Part shown: positions 36,901 through 51,900 of the stretch, in pieces
Layout: the number at the start of each line of letters is the position of its first letter
Numbering within the stretch: the first letter of the stretch is position 1
NCBI RefSeq assembly: GCF_021869535.1
Contig: NW_026262745.1
Coordinates: 62,001-126,000 of the forward strand
Direction: 5' to 3'
Source: Mytilus californianus
Lineage: Eukaryota
DNA length: 64,000 nucleotides
Translations under genes and position numbers: made by a program
The notes under the pieces: generated by a model
What the model saw: only the letters and a program-made list of their open reading frames with translations
What the model was told of the DNA's origin: nothing
Databases searched by the model: none

Positions 36901-39900
36901 GATATGAGGAATGTACCACTGTCTTCCTTTTTATTACATGCATGGTATTTGGTTTGTTGATAACATTGCCACCGATATGTGGAATGTACAATGCCGTCTT
37001 TTTTTTTATTACAGACATGGCATTTGGTTTGTTGACAACACTGACACCGATATGTGGAATGTACACTGTCTTCCTTTTTTTATTACAGGCATGATATTTG
37101 GTTTGTCGATAACACTGCCACCGATATGTGGAATGTTCACTGCCTTCTCTTTTTATTACAGGCATGACATTACAGGCATGGCATTTGGTTTGTTGATAAC
37201 ACTGCCACCGGTATGTGGATTGTACACTGCCTTCTTTTTATTACAGGCATGGCATTTGGTTTGTTGACAACATTGCCACCGATATGTGGAATGTACACTG
37301 CCTTCTTTGGTCCTTTGACATACTTTTTCTTCGGATCATCAAGACATCTCTCTGTAGGTAAGGACAATCATATTTAACAGTTACACATTAGAACTGTTCT
37401 GCGTATATATATATACATCCCGTATAATCGATTTAATGCACCCGCTTTCTGCATGCGCTTGACTGTCAGACGGAAGTCAAACTTTAACAATAATATTTCT
37501 TTCTGGAATCAACTTTTGGAGATTTCTTAAAAATTCAGGTATGAGATTTGCATATATATATATATAGCTATTAATACCTATTATTGAAATGCTAAGATCG
37601 ATACATATAGTCAGTCTTAATCAGTCGGTAAAATTTGTGTTGCAATAGCGGCAGTTAATTGAGATAACAATTAGCAGTAGCCGGAGTCAAGAGTGGTGTT
37701 CATATATGTTATCAATACTGTGTTAATGTGCAGTAGCCGGAGTATTTTGAGTTTTTTTTTTGTCTTTGGTTGCAGTAGCTACAGCCAGATTGATGTTGAC
37801 ATATATGTATGAGATAAATTATGTTATTCTGTGCAGTAACTGGATTCAGTTTGATGCTGACATATGTTATTAATTTTGTTATAATGTGCAGTAGTCGGAG
37901 CCAGTTTGATAGTGATAAATGTAATTTATTTTGTTATTAGGAGCAGTAGCCGTAGTTAGTCTGATGATGGCTTCAGTGATTGATGTTGCAATGCAAGAAA
38001 ACAATCTGTATGTAATCACAGAAAACTCAACAAATACTTCAACAGATGAGATTGTTAATAAACGAAAAATAGAGATAGCTACGTCAGTATCATTCGTGTC
38101 TGGGCTAATTATGGTAACAATATGATGTTTATTACTTTTTTTTAACGCTATTTACTTAAAAGAGAAGCGAAAGATACCAATGGGATATTCAACTCATAAG
38201 GCGAAAACAAACTGACAATGCCATGGCAAAAAACGAAAAACGAAGAAAAGTCAGACAAATAATAGTACACACAACATAACTTACACCTTTTACTGTTTAT
38301 ATGTTTATATGCACTTTATAATAATACCTTTTATATCTAACCAGTTAAATAATGTGTTTTTCGTAAATTGTTACGTTATAAATTAGGCCATTAGTCTTCT
38401 CAATTGAATTGTTTCATATTTTTCATGTCGGTGCCTTTTATATCCGACTATACGGTATGAGTTTTTCTCATTGTTAAAGGCCGTACGGTTGCCTTTAATT
38501 GCTTACATCCTCTTTATTTGAACTTTGGTGGATAGTTGTCACATTGGCAATCATACCAAATCTCCTTATTTTTATATTGGTGAATTATTGCATATAAAGC
38601 AACTGTTGATTTATTCAGTTATTACAAGAATGTGAAAATTGTTCTGCTACATAAAAAAAAATCAAATGAAATCAAATGTATACCAGTATTCAAATATTAT
38701 TTTTTTCAGATTTTATTGGGTAAATTAAAGTTTGGGTTGATTTCGACTTACATGTCCGAGCAGTTGGTTAGTGGATTTACGGCAGCAGTGGCAATACACA
38801 TCACAACGAGTCAGGCAAAACATATTTTTGGCATCTCTGTGCCTCAACATAATGGCATATTCAAGGTGATAAAGGTAGGGTTCCAAAATTTAATACCTTT
38901 TCATGCCCATACAGCTCAGTTAAAGGGGGGCAATAGCTACGAGATATAAAAAAAATAAAATATGATTTTGTTTTTTGTTCAATAATTAACATGATAAATG
39001 AAAGTGAAATAGTGAAATAATAATTCGCTTTAAGCAGCCAGTTTAGTTCAATTTTCTCAAAATAAGCTAAGAAACATCGCTGATGAATGATTCACTTGCA
39101 AGGGAATAATTCGAATCCGTATTCATGTGACCGTTAATTCAACCCATTAGTTAGAGATTGGTTACGTATGTATTAGTCGTGTTCAGCCATTAAAAGTAAA
39201 AGATTGTCAACATTGAAAGTGAAACAATTAAAGGTGAACCATTTCGTTGACTGATTCGATCCACAACAAATCATTCTTATGCAGGTGAAAACGATGATTA
39301 ACTTATTTTTTTAACCTATATCATGAAATCAAACAGACCTAGAAAAGTCCAAGTGCACGAGGGCGCTATCTATTTATATTTATGTTTATGTTTATATCGG
39401 GTTATGTATTCGTCGGCAGTTTTTGGAGGTCATCTCGATTGTTAATTAGATGGAGTCTATACTAAAATACACACGAAATGCTGATATAAATTATCGAGTC
39501 CATACATTGTTAATTGTTTATTTCAGACTTATTGTAATTTGGATATACGTTTTATATTTTTTGTATTTTTGTGTTTCATTTTTGCTTTTGTGCTATGTCT
39601 ATATGCCATTTTGTTTTTCTTTGTTAGCATATTTGTTTTTTTATAGTGTTTAAGATTATAACACAATGTTGACTGCTGTACCCCTATTTTTGACATTTTT
39701 ACCTATTATGTCTGTTTGTTTTGTTCACACATTGTTCTCAATATAATGGAATTTTATGCGACTGTCATACAAGTGGGAGGTTAGCTAGCTATAAAACCAG
39801 GTTTAATCCACCATTTTCTACATAAGGAAATGCCTGTACCAAGTCAGGAATATGACAGTTGTTTTCCATTCGTTTGATGTGTTTGATCTTTTGAAATTGC

Positions 39901-42900
39901 CATTTTATAAGAGACTTTCCGATTTGAATTTTACTTGGAGTTCGGTATTTTTGTTATTTTACTTTTTAGTATGTTATAAATAAAATATGAGAATTTGAGT
40001 CAAATTGGTGAACATGAATTTTACAGCTAATGCCCCTTTAATGGGTCGTCATTGTAGTGTCACCCATGTCCGTCGGTTCGTTCTTATGAATACCGCTCTT
40101 ATTCTAAGTTATTTTTTCTTCATGCCTGTAGCATTAAAACTGATTTTTTTGTCGATTATATAAGGAAAATTATATAAGGATTAGATAAAGATCACAAGTT
40201 TCGCTTAAATATATAACCTGCTTTGCACGGAAAAGCGAGGACATTCATATAAATATTATACGCATAACTCAACCTTGTCCATTTTTCTTCGGGTTTGAGC
40301 AGTGAAATCAAGGGGCAATCAAAAACCATAATTCCAATAAAAACAGATAATACAATGACCAATAGAAACAGACAATACAATGACCAAAGAAAAATGAGGA
40401 AAAGACAAACAACAATTACAGATCATTACGATGAAAAGTTTAAAAGATTTAGCAACACAAACCCTTGGGATGTTGGGAAGGAAAACAGTTCCTTCTCCAT
40501 AAGTGACACCCGCATGCACGTTAAAATCTGGTAGAAGTTGTAATCGGTAATGTCACAACCGATGAAAAGCGAAATGGATTCTGGTTACGACAGATCATTA
40601 TTATATACCTTTCAGTGTTGTATTCAAGCTGCGTATACATGGAATAGGATCCCAATTACAGGATACCAGTCCATTACCCACGAATGAAGTCTCTTAATAA
40701 ATCTACCATCTTTTAAATGGGATATTGTACCGAGATGAAAAATATGTAAAGATGCTTAAATTTGTAGTATATATAAACATGATAAAGGGTATTCATTAAA
40801 CTTTCAACTTCTGTAAATTTTCAGTGATTCTGAAATGTATAGGGTGGACGATTGTCTGAGTAAATGGTCCAAATTTTATTTTCGATTTTAATCAGGAAGT
40901 TAATAAAATGACCCTATTAATACTCAAAACAGTACTGCTCTCTTAAATGCCGGTCATGACCTTCCAAAAATTCTCCCATAAGCCATGAAGTATGAGAAAG
41001 TAATTTAAATTTTGCAGTCTAATATAGGGAATAAAAATTCTTCCCCTCAATTTGGATAAAATTTCATTGAAGTAATGGGGGAAAATTTGGTCCCCGTTCC
41101 ACATAATACGTATTAATCTGGAAATTACAATGAAACAGAGTTTTAAATCGAACTATTTAATGATCATTGTAATTACCTGTACTTTATTATATCCTATTTT
41201 TCAGACCTGGAGAGATGTTTGTTACAACATACCATCCACTAACTTCGCCACACTCATTAGCACTGTGATTTGTTTTATCATTCTTTACCTCGTTAAAGTT
41301 CAAATTAATATGAGATTTAAGGCCAAACTGAAGATGCCCATTCCTATAGAACTCATCATTGTAAGTATAACAGAAGATGGAATAATTGAATCAATTGTAT
41401 TAAGTTAAATTAATAATAATTAACATTAACCACTCTATTGGTTATATAATGCTGAGTCGCACAGTTAAAAAATGGATGCATCATTGGTGAATGTAAGAAA
41501 ATCAGATGTTTTACAGCTACTTTAAATCATATGTTAACATACAATTACACTAATGTATGAATAAACAAATATGGTGGGTATATATTGATTAGACTGCAAC
41601 CCAACGACACAAAACAAATCTGAAGGATTTTCTTAAATCAAAACATGATCCATGTACTTCAAAGCACTTATATTTTCTCTAAATATGAGGTTTGAACCTT
41701 TAGTTTTGTATCAAATAAAAATGAATAAACAATTAAGATAGTATAATTATAAATGGTTCTTCTTTTAAAGATTTCCATTGCAACTGTCATAGCTCATTTT
41801 GCCAAGTTCCATCAGAGGTTTAACATCAACATTTTAAAAGACATCCCAGCAGGGTAATGTACAGTTTGTTTAGCATGCTATCGTCGGGCGGCTTACCATT
41901 CGGGACTAGAGTAAAAAAGAAGATCGATTTCAAATCAGTCATTACTTTAATTTTTCATCTTATTAACACGACTCGGCAACATGACAGGTGCAACAAGTGG
42001 AACATGATCTAATTATCCTTCCGGAACACCTGAAATCACCAAGGGTGCAATGCAAAAAACACCAAGGTAGTGCAAACTGTATCCCTGCTTATCAATTTTA
42101 GAATGAATAGTAGTATTTAGCCAATACGATACAAATTGGCGATAATATAAATATTTATTTTATTACTTTGTATCATTATTGTAAATAACTTCTAAACTGT
42201 TTTGGTCAATACATTATATTTGAAATTAAAGTAAAAAGGACAAGAACTGTGTAAATAAACATCTCTCCACTGAGTTTTAGTATAATATCCATGGTAATCT
42301 TCAGACATTTTAATCTTTATTTGAAAATAAAAGCACATTAAAAAATATCAAAATGTACTTAATTGTTTGCACCCGTCCTAAGTCAGGAATCTGAGGTTCA
42401 GTAGTTGTCGTTTGTTGATGTGGTTCATAAGTGTTTCTCGTTTCTCGTTTTTTATACATGTGTAGCTTGCTTTTCGGTGTGAGCCAAGGCTCCGTGTTGA
42501 AGACCGTACTTTGACCTATATAATGGTTTACTTTTATAAATTTTGACTTGGATGGAGAGTTGTCTCATATGCACTCATACCACATCTTCTTATATATAAT
42601 TAATGAATTCCAAAATTACTTAATAAGTTATTAAAAAATAGCTTAAAAAGATATGTACCTTAGTTTTATGCTGACTACAAATGCCTAATTTAAACAATCT
42701 GGACCATGTGAATATTTCAGGTTGCCATCACCAGTTTTACCTAACCCTGTTTTGGCTACAGGGTATGTAGCTGACGCCTTCATTATAGGAATCGTGGCCT
42801 TCACCCATTCGGTATCTGGCGCTAGACTTCTGGCCAGGAAACATAATTATGAAATTGATCCTAATCAGGTAGGTTTTAGTCGCTCATTTGAGTCTGGATC

Positions 42901-45900
42901 ACGAACATAGAAAATGTATTTGTTTTATCATTCGACAAGTAAGCGAGTTCCGATAGATCTGTATTTTAATCAAATTGGTATAGTATTATTCCAGAGACAG
43001 ATGACGTTTTGAATGATGGCCAATCAAAATCAAAGAAGACACCAGACGGACATGTTTTTCCTCCAAACAATTGATCTGTAACAAAATGAAAAAACTAGTC
43101 TTCTATGACCTTCAAAAACCTCTTTATCTTGTGCCCGTTCCTGCTACAGCTTAGTAATTTAAAAACAACATGTCTAAATCTACAATGTACCACACATACT
43201 GGGGAATGAGTATGAGACACTCGCATGCGATTCATTGTATTTGCAACGAATTAATACTGAAAATTAACACTGAAATTTATAAATTTCATAAACTTCCGCT
43301 TCATAAAATTTTAAGCATTGAAGGCAGTTACTTACCTGTTTAGAATATAATGATTCGAAATTATGAAAATAGTGTTTGTAATGATACTTAATTATCAGTA
43401 AATTTGTTCATTTATACTAAAAAAGCTAATAAATTACAGATATTGAGAAAGTTAAGTGACACATAATTATTTCAATAGGAGTTGGTTGCTAGTGGAGCAG
43501 GGAGCGTTGTATGTTCAATTTTCTCTGGATACATCAATGCTGGGTCATTATCAAGAACTATGGTACTAGATGGTACGAACGGTAAATCCCAGGTACACTT
43601 ACACAATGATATTTCTTTCTTTTGAGTTTAGTATGGAGTGTTCAAATCTAACGTAGAAGTACATTATAGAAGTCACATCAACAAAATCTTTCTTAGCACC
43701 TGACCATTATTTTTTAACATACTTTAAAATGTTCTAACAATTAGTTTTACGCTATATATATGTTTCCCTCGATGTTAGGGAATTTAAGAGCCTTCATAGA
43801 CTTTAACATACTTATCTCCTGACAACTGGGGAGGATAAGAATAGTGCTTCATAGTGGTGAGGACATTGACTCTCTTTTATCCTAGTATATTAAACTCAAT
43901 TCATGTTACCCGCCTTTACAAGAGAAACTCGGGCTGCATACTGCGCGTTCTTTGGAACACTTTTACCAATGCTAAGTTTCCGGATAAGAAATATTAAATA
44001 GTTGATTTTAACAATATGTATTGTTAGAGTTTAACGAATTAGACAGCTTTAGATAAGGTATATTATTCAAATCTATACAACTTTATTAAATTATTGTTGA
44101 TTAATTTCGTAGAGGAAAAGACATTTATGATACCATCATTCATTTATGTGCACGTATTAATAAACGCTTTTACATTAAATGTATTTTGCTATCCACGTTG
44201 CAATCTATATACAGATATAATTAACATTTGTTTCCATATAGTAATAATTAAATGTGCATGATTTGAATAAAAATCAATATTGAGTATCAAAAAGATATGT
44301 AGCCAAAAGCGTATCTTTCATTGCAAAAATAATTTCTAGATAATATTTTATAGATCGCCTGTTTAGTGGGATGTGTTATTGTCATAATCATGATATTAGC
44401 AATTGGACCATTGTTTTACTCATTACCAAAGGTAGGATGCTTATTATAAGTAATACATTAATTTCTGGATTAAGTCTTTTTTTCTAGCAAGGTCGTCACT
44501 TATCTTGAAAACATTACACAGTCATTTTATTGTTTTTAACTTCTATTATATTTTAACTTTCTTAACTGTCTTTTATACTTTAGAGTAACTATTATAGTTT
44601 ATATTTAATTTTGTTCATTTCAATATTTTAAACTTGAAATCATTTTTCTTTCCTCATTTATTTATGATAATATTTTATTAGAATCAGACAAACAAATAAA
44701 CTACACCATACGATATTAATAGTATTATAAGGGTTTACAAAAAGGAATGGAAAACCTAAATCCGAAGTTTTTATTAATTTTGTAAAAAAATGAGAGTTCA
44801 TTTTACAGTGTGTTTTGTCAGCAGTAATAATTATAAACCTACGAACGATGTATCTTCAAATATTAGAGGTACCATCACTGTGGCGCACATCAAAGTTTGA
44901 TTTTGTAAGTAGAAACTAAAACGTGTATACGAAATGTTTAAGACTCTAATATAAGAATAGTCAAGTCAAATATTCCAATTGTTACAACAATCCCGCTTCT
45001 TTTTCCCTCGAATGTGACATCACCGAAGTAGATATCACTGAGTTTGCTCTTTCATGATGAACTCGACGGGTGCCAAATATGGAGCAGGATGATCTGTTTA
45101 CCTTTCTGGAGCACCTCAGTCCTGATATCACCCCTGACATTTGGTGGGTTTTGTTTTGCCAAGTTGTGTTTTGTATAATGTTGTTTGTCCTTTGGTCGTT
45201 TTCATGCCCCACTTGGGGGCATTATGTTTTCGGTCAGTGCGTCCGTCCGTCCGTCCGTCCGTCTGTCACGCTACAGGTTAATGTTTTTGGTTAAAGTTTT
45301 TGGTCAAGGTAGTTTTTGATGAAGTTGAAGTCCAATCAACTTGAAACTTAGTACACATGTGCCCTATGATATGATCTTTATATGTTAATGCCAAATTAGA
45401 GTTTTTACCCCAATATCATGGTCCACTGAACATAGAAAATGATAGTGCGAGTGGGGCATCCGTGTACTATGGACACATTCTTTGTTTTTTTTTGCCAAGG
45501 CGTTGTCAGTTTTTTATCGACCTGTGATTTTGAATATCGCTTTGGTATCTTCCGCCTCTCTTTCAAATATAATAGAAACCAAACGATACTGTTATAAAAG
45601 TATACTCTTGTCCAGCAGTAAAATCCATGATAAACAGTGTCGTTCGTTTAGCTATGCAGGATGTATAAATACTCATACACGTTCGTTTAGCTACATGTAT
45701 ATATGCAGATGTGTAAATGTGCATTCACGTCCGGTAAGAATGGGTACGTTAATTGTAATATATTTATATAGTGTTCTATGAATCTTAAGGAAACTTTGCA
45801 AGAACTCTCTGAGGGGTTTATATATGGCCTGTCACAAGGGTCAATGTCAGCCCTTATCACAAATACAATCTTTTTCAAGTGACAATCTAAGTGTTCATGT

Positions 45901-48900
45901 AGAACCTTCATATTTAATTTACTGTTAATGTGTTCTCATCTAGAATATATGTAAAACATTTGCAACTGGTAGGTAAACAAACAACAACTATCAATCAATC
46001 GTATATATTGCACAAACCAAAAAATATCTGTATTATCAGAATTTAAGTACAGCTAATTCAAATACATTGTTTGTGAGTTAAATGAATAGGAACACAGTAT
46101 AGACTAAACAAAAGAGACAAATGTAAAGACAATGTCAAACAGAAGTAGTGATGTTTTTAATGGAAATCCAAGAATACTACACAGAGAAGATAAGTATTCA
46201 GAAACAAATCTAACTTAACCAGAGATGAACTCAGATGTACATGTCGTGGTTTTTAAAAAAATCGGAATTCAGTGATATAAAGTTTTAATGCGAGCAAGGA
46301 TATTTGAACTTTAACAAACGTAACAGGTTCAAGTGTGTTTATACGTCTAGAGAACAACATGAAGGTTAATATACACGTGAAGATGGCTATTACATTAAGA
46401 TTTTTTTTGTGTTTAAATTTTCTATCTAGCCACGAGTTTCTCTATTAGGGAGGGTATGTGGAGAATGGTGTGTATAAAGAAATATTATAGTCTTGTAACT
46501 GCAAAGTCTATCATAATGAATAACAAATGAAAGTCTTGAGGATTTTACACGTCCATCAATGTTAGTTGTATTATTGCAACAAACTATAATCCATTAATTA
46601 CATGTAAGATTGAGGGTATACAGCCAAACTCATGACTGTGAATAAAAATATCCAAGTCAAGTATAGATTTGAGTAAAAACTTATAGCTCTGCATGTTGGA
46701 ATAGGAAATAAATCATAGCTAATTGAACGACATTGAAAAGTGGCCTCTGGTGGGTAGTTGAGAATGAGATACTAAACGTTTTTATTGTAAACCTTTTTTT
46801 CTGCAGGTTATATGGATGGTGACCTTTCTGACCTCATCCATTCTTGATGTAGATATTGGCATAGCTTCAAGTCTGATATTTTCTCTATTGACTGTATCAT
46901 TACGAACACAAAGGTCAGTGATAAAGATAAAATTATAGGACTGTACAGTCCGTATAGTATACGTAAGCACAATAATATAATGTAGCTCTTTTTATAGTTA
47001 TGACAACTATTACAATTATTTGGCATTCTGACATTATATATTATTTTTATTTGATCAAAGATAATTCTATAAATATGACCAAAGAAAGAAGTTCAAGGTT
47101 TGAAGTATTATGCCGAAATATAGAATTATTTTTTTGCTGCAAGATGAATGATTACACAAGCACACTTTGTGAAGATATGAATTTGAACAAACTATGTTGT
47201 ATTCATTTTCAGTCCTTCGTCATATACACTAGGATTTGTTGGGAAAACAAATCAGTTAAAATCAGTAGAAAGATATGATCCCGTAAGTATCACTTCTAAT
47301 ATGATAAATACACAGAGAATTGACTGATGTTAAACTGGATGTTAAGCAAACAAACAGTTTGTTTGCTTAACATCCAGTTTTAAATACACATAGGCGATGG
47401 AACACACTCGTCTTTTTATATTTCATCCGTACACTTTTGACAATGCATACATGTAAATATGACGTGTATTGCTTGGGAAACTGAAAACTTAGTATAGGAC
47501 CGTTTTATCGCGGTATATTATTTCCAAATTCTATTTATAGATTTTGAATGAAAAATTAAAATGACATAGTTGGGTTTTCTTAAATAGCTTATGATAACGA
47601 AATATACATGTACGAGCTGATATTCAGATGACATTTAGTCGTTGAAAAAATATATGCATATTTCGGCATAAGTGAGATAGAAAATGTGGAGGAAATGGAA
47701 GAGAGACCATGTATCTGAGAGACGGAAGATACCAAAGGGATATTCAAAGTCCCAAAAAAACTGACAATGTTATGGCAATACAAAAAACGAGATCAAAAGA
47801 CAACATCCTACAAAACATAACATAAAAAACTAAAGACTGAGCAACCCCACCTAAAACCGGGTGATCTCAGGTGCTCTGGAAGGGTAGCAGATCCTGTTCC
47901 ACATGTGTGAAATTACAAATCAAAAATTTTAAACTTTATATAATACAAAACGTTTAAAACCATATTTGCACCATTTTGCTGTTATACTCGCGTCTCCAAA
48001 ACATCATTGTAAAGTAAAGAACATGATATACATGTAACTTAATTCTGTGAGATACAGAATCAAGTAAGGAGAATAAATGTTGTCGTTCATTCATTAAAGC
48101 AAAATTGATAGAATGAAAACTATCCTACAAAGTCAACAAACTCAATGAGTAATCGTCTACCCCTTTTTCAGGTTGTTGCGCCAGACAATGTTAGAATAAT
48201 TCAGTTCCAAGCCCCTATTTACTTTGCTAATGCCGACATATTTGTGAAGAGTGTGGTCAAGTTGACTGGTATTGATCCAGTAAAGGCCAGGAAGAAACAG
48301 AAACAGTTTAATCAAGTGGAGACAAACATAAGCCCGGTAATTGTTGTATCCTTTGATATAAATCCAGTGATTTATTATGATATAACATTTATACTGTGTC
48401 TACTAATAAAACAAGACGCTATTTATATATCAATGAGACACCAAACTAACGAAAAACAAAACCAGACAGTCTTGTAAAGGTTAACAAAAGTCTCCAACAA
48501 TAGACAAGTGTCTATGTTCCAGACCATATGAGTATTTGTACCGTACGCGTATGGTCATGACCATATGAGTATACATATGGTCCGACCATACGAGTACGGT
48601 CAGACCATATGAGTATATACTCGTTTGGTTATTAACGGGCCATACTACTAGTATATGAGTATTTAGACCATAAAGGTATTTTTCGAATAAATTCAAACTT
48701 CCTTAACAGACACAGCTCGTTCTCTGAACCAAAATTGGAACAAGTTATTAACTGAAATCCATTATCTTTGTCACATGTTGTCTGAATCTTGGTATATTTG
48801 TGTTTTGCCCTCACAATATAGAGTCAATTTTAAGCACCTTTATGCTGTCAACAGTTTCGTCCGTACATGAAACCACAGGTGTTTTGAGAATGCACATTTT

Positions 48901-51900
48901 TTTTCTATTCTACGATGTTTAGAATAAATTTTCTTTAATTTCTTCTAATTTCCACTTATTTTCACTTGACTGATATGTTTATACTCTTATTCATGTGATC
49001 TTACAATAACAGTGGTTTCTACATAAGAACAGAGGGACAGCACGTATAAACTATTGTAATTGTAAATCGTATATAGAGGAGCATGAAGAAATTAAATAAC
49101 TGAAAATAATTTGAAATGTTTAAGAAATCTTAAATTAGAAATTGAAACAACAAAATAAGGTTAATGCGTTGTTCAATGCTCCAATTGCTAATGTGTAACA
49201 GTTACTTCTTGCTTAACATGTTTCTTAAAGACATATTAATAATGACCATGCAAAAACGCGTCTACTATAATTTTACTTATTTTTTGTGATCAAAATTCAT
49301 TTTATTTCATTTATCACGTTTCAATGATTACCGAATTATTATCTAAGTCAAAATTTGATTTTTAAGAAACGTAGTCTATGACACCTTGAAGGGTTATGCC
49401 TTATGCAATTATCGTTCAACATCTATATAATACATTGTATGTCAAACACTAACGTCCATTGGCATCAAATTCCCTGAAAGACAACGATGTTAAACAAATA
49501 TAAGGATTTAAAAAAAATTATCCTTTTAACAATTTTGATTCGAGTGCCTATGATGAATATTTTAATTGTTTTACATTTTGTCACGTCGTGGCCTTTTACA
49601 GCTAAACATTTGTATGGATTTTGCTCAATCATTACTTACAGTACTTACAGTGTATATACATGTTCTATACTTTAATTCATAGACGGATTTGACGGAAAAT
49701 TGTGATCTAACAATGCAAATAGAGTCAAAGATGTCAGAAAAATTTGTTGATGGTGTAGAAATCGTTATACTTGATTTTTCTGGAGTGAATTTTATCGATA
49801 TTGTTGGAATAAAGGCGTTAAAAAGGGTATGTACTTGTGTGTTCTATTAATTATGAATGTTAGTCACAATGTTAATATGTTCAGTTAAAGCTATCATATA
49901 ATACAGCTTATAAATTTGTTATAGATAGATATTTTTATTTTAAAGTACTACTTGGTACATGTACATGAAATACATTATACTATATATTATAGCCAATAAA
50001 CATATGTTAACAGGAGAGTACTGAACATTTGAGTATTTATTGTGTAACTTAAAGACTTAATATGACCATATGTTTCGTTTTATTTAACAATGAAAATCTA
50101 ATAGATTACATTATTAATAACGTGTATTGGTTCAGTTAGTTATACATGTACATTATACACAACTTTACAGATCTTTTCATAATGCTAGCAAGACAAAGGC
50201 TTGTTTGTATCAATGTTTGCTCAAGCATTGTAATTAAGATTGACATCTGAAAACAATATAAAAAGGCGAATTTAAACTTGTATACATTATATTTAAATTT
50301 GACTGTACATTATCAAATAATCAAATTTACCTTTACACAGGTTTAACTCTGTCTACTTATATTGTTTGCAGATGTCAATCTTAATTACAATGCTTCAGCA
50401 AACATTTGTACAAACAAAGCAGGCATGTCAAACAAACCTTTGTCTTGCTAGGATTATGAAAAGAGCTGTAATACCTAAAAGTTTTGTAAAGACTGTAAAA
50501 TTCAGATATTATTGCGTGCATTTATTATTGCAATTTTTGAAGAAGTGATGACAAAAATGCGAGATTATTTATTGCGATTTCAGGAAAATCTGCATTCTGA
50601 ATAAATGTATCAGAAATCAGAATGCGAGTTCTTATTATTGCGAACGTCACCCAGTCGCATTATTCGCATTAATAAAAACCTTGCAATTAGTTCTGAATTT
50701 ACAGTAGTCAGTTATTACGTTGAGAATTATGCTAATGCTTATGGTATCTGAATGTTCTAGGTATATACAGATTATAACAGCATTGGAATTCAAGTATTTA
50801 TAGCTAGCTGCAATGGTGAGTAATTTTAAACGATTCTCTTTAACTATATAAGCGTGTTTGTCTGTAGTAGCAAAACCATTGCAACTCGTATTGGTCTATT
50901 TATTGTAATAAACATGAAGAACAACAATAAACTCGCTGTATTTATGTTCTTGGTTCTCCAAGTGCTTGTAAGGATTTTGTGTAATGAATTGATACATCGT
51001 AGCCTTTCTTTTCAATAGTTACATATATGTAATGATTTACATTAAAGCACCAGTTCTCTCTCGTACCTTTATTATTTGTGCTGAATGTTTAAATATATGT
51101 TAGAGAAACATATATATTGCAGCAGGTTTAATTGTCATTTGTTGTCGATTAATTTACTGTATATGGCTGACATCTCTTACATTTTAACATTTTCAATTAT
51201 TAATAGACTGTTTTTTTTTATAAATAGGGAATGTTCGTTAATGAGACAGCAATCCAATGACACAAATAATAGAAAGACATTTACATTTATGTAGCAGTAA
51301 AATTACTAGTTCTACCTTCAACATCAAACAGGTGTCTATACAATTTGTTTAGCTTAAATTTAACAAGTCTGAGGCAGTAGCCTAGATATATTAGAACTAT
51401 CAGGATGTGCGATATCTAGATATCTAACAAGTAAACAATACATGTACATATACACCTATAAAAGTGGTTTAATCGGTATTTACATGTATATACAGTGTAT
51501 ATATATAGTTAACGATTGACTTAACGTATCTTTGTAATAATCAGTGTCCATATGGTTGAGAAAGTCATTGATGTTATCGTAACACATAAAAAGGATAACA
51601 GAGATTATGAGAAATGTCTAGATTATAAAAAAATACACCTGACTCTTGAAAAACAAACAAACAAACACACACAACAAAGACGAAGAACATTGACCAACAC
51701 ATGGTCCAGATAGCCCGACTTGCAAACTTCTACGTCATTTGGTCTCTAGTGGAGAGTTGGTTCATTAGCAATCGTACCACATCGTCGTATTTTTGATATG
51801 GGTACAGGCACAAAAGTACGAGGAGTTAAGTTTTCTGCACACATCCCCGTGTTTTGTCTATCTATAATATCTGTAGCAAAAGTAAAACTCTGATTAAATA

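Noticed and set aside
36860-37367. ORFs of 65-118 aa on both strands
   Set aside because: They are by-products of the exon 2 junction array; only 37247-37357 fits the SLC26 reading frame.
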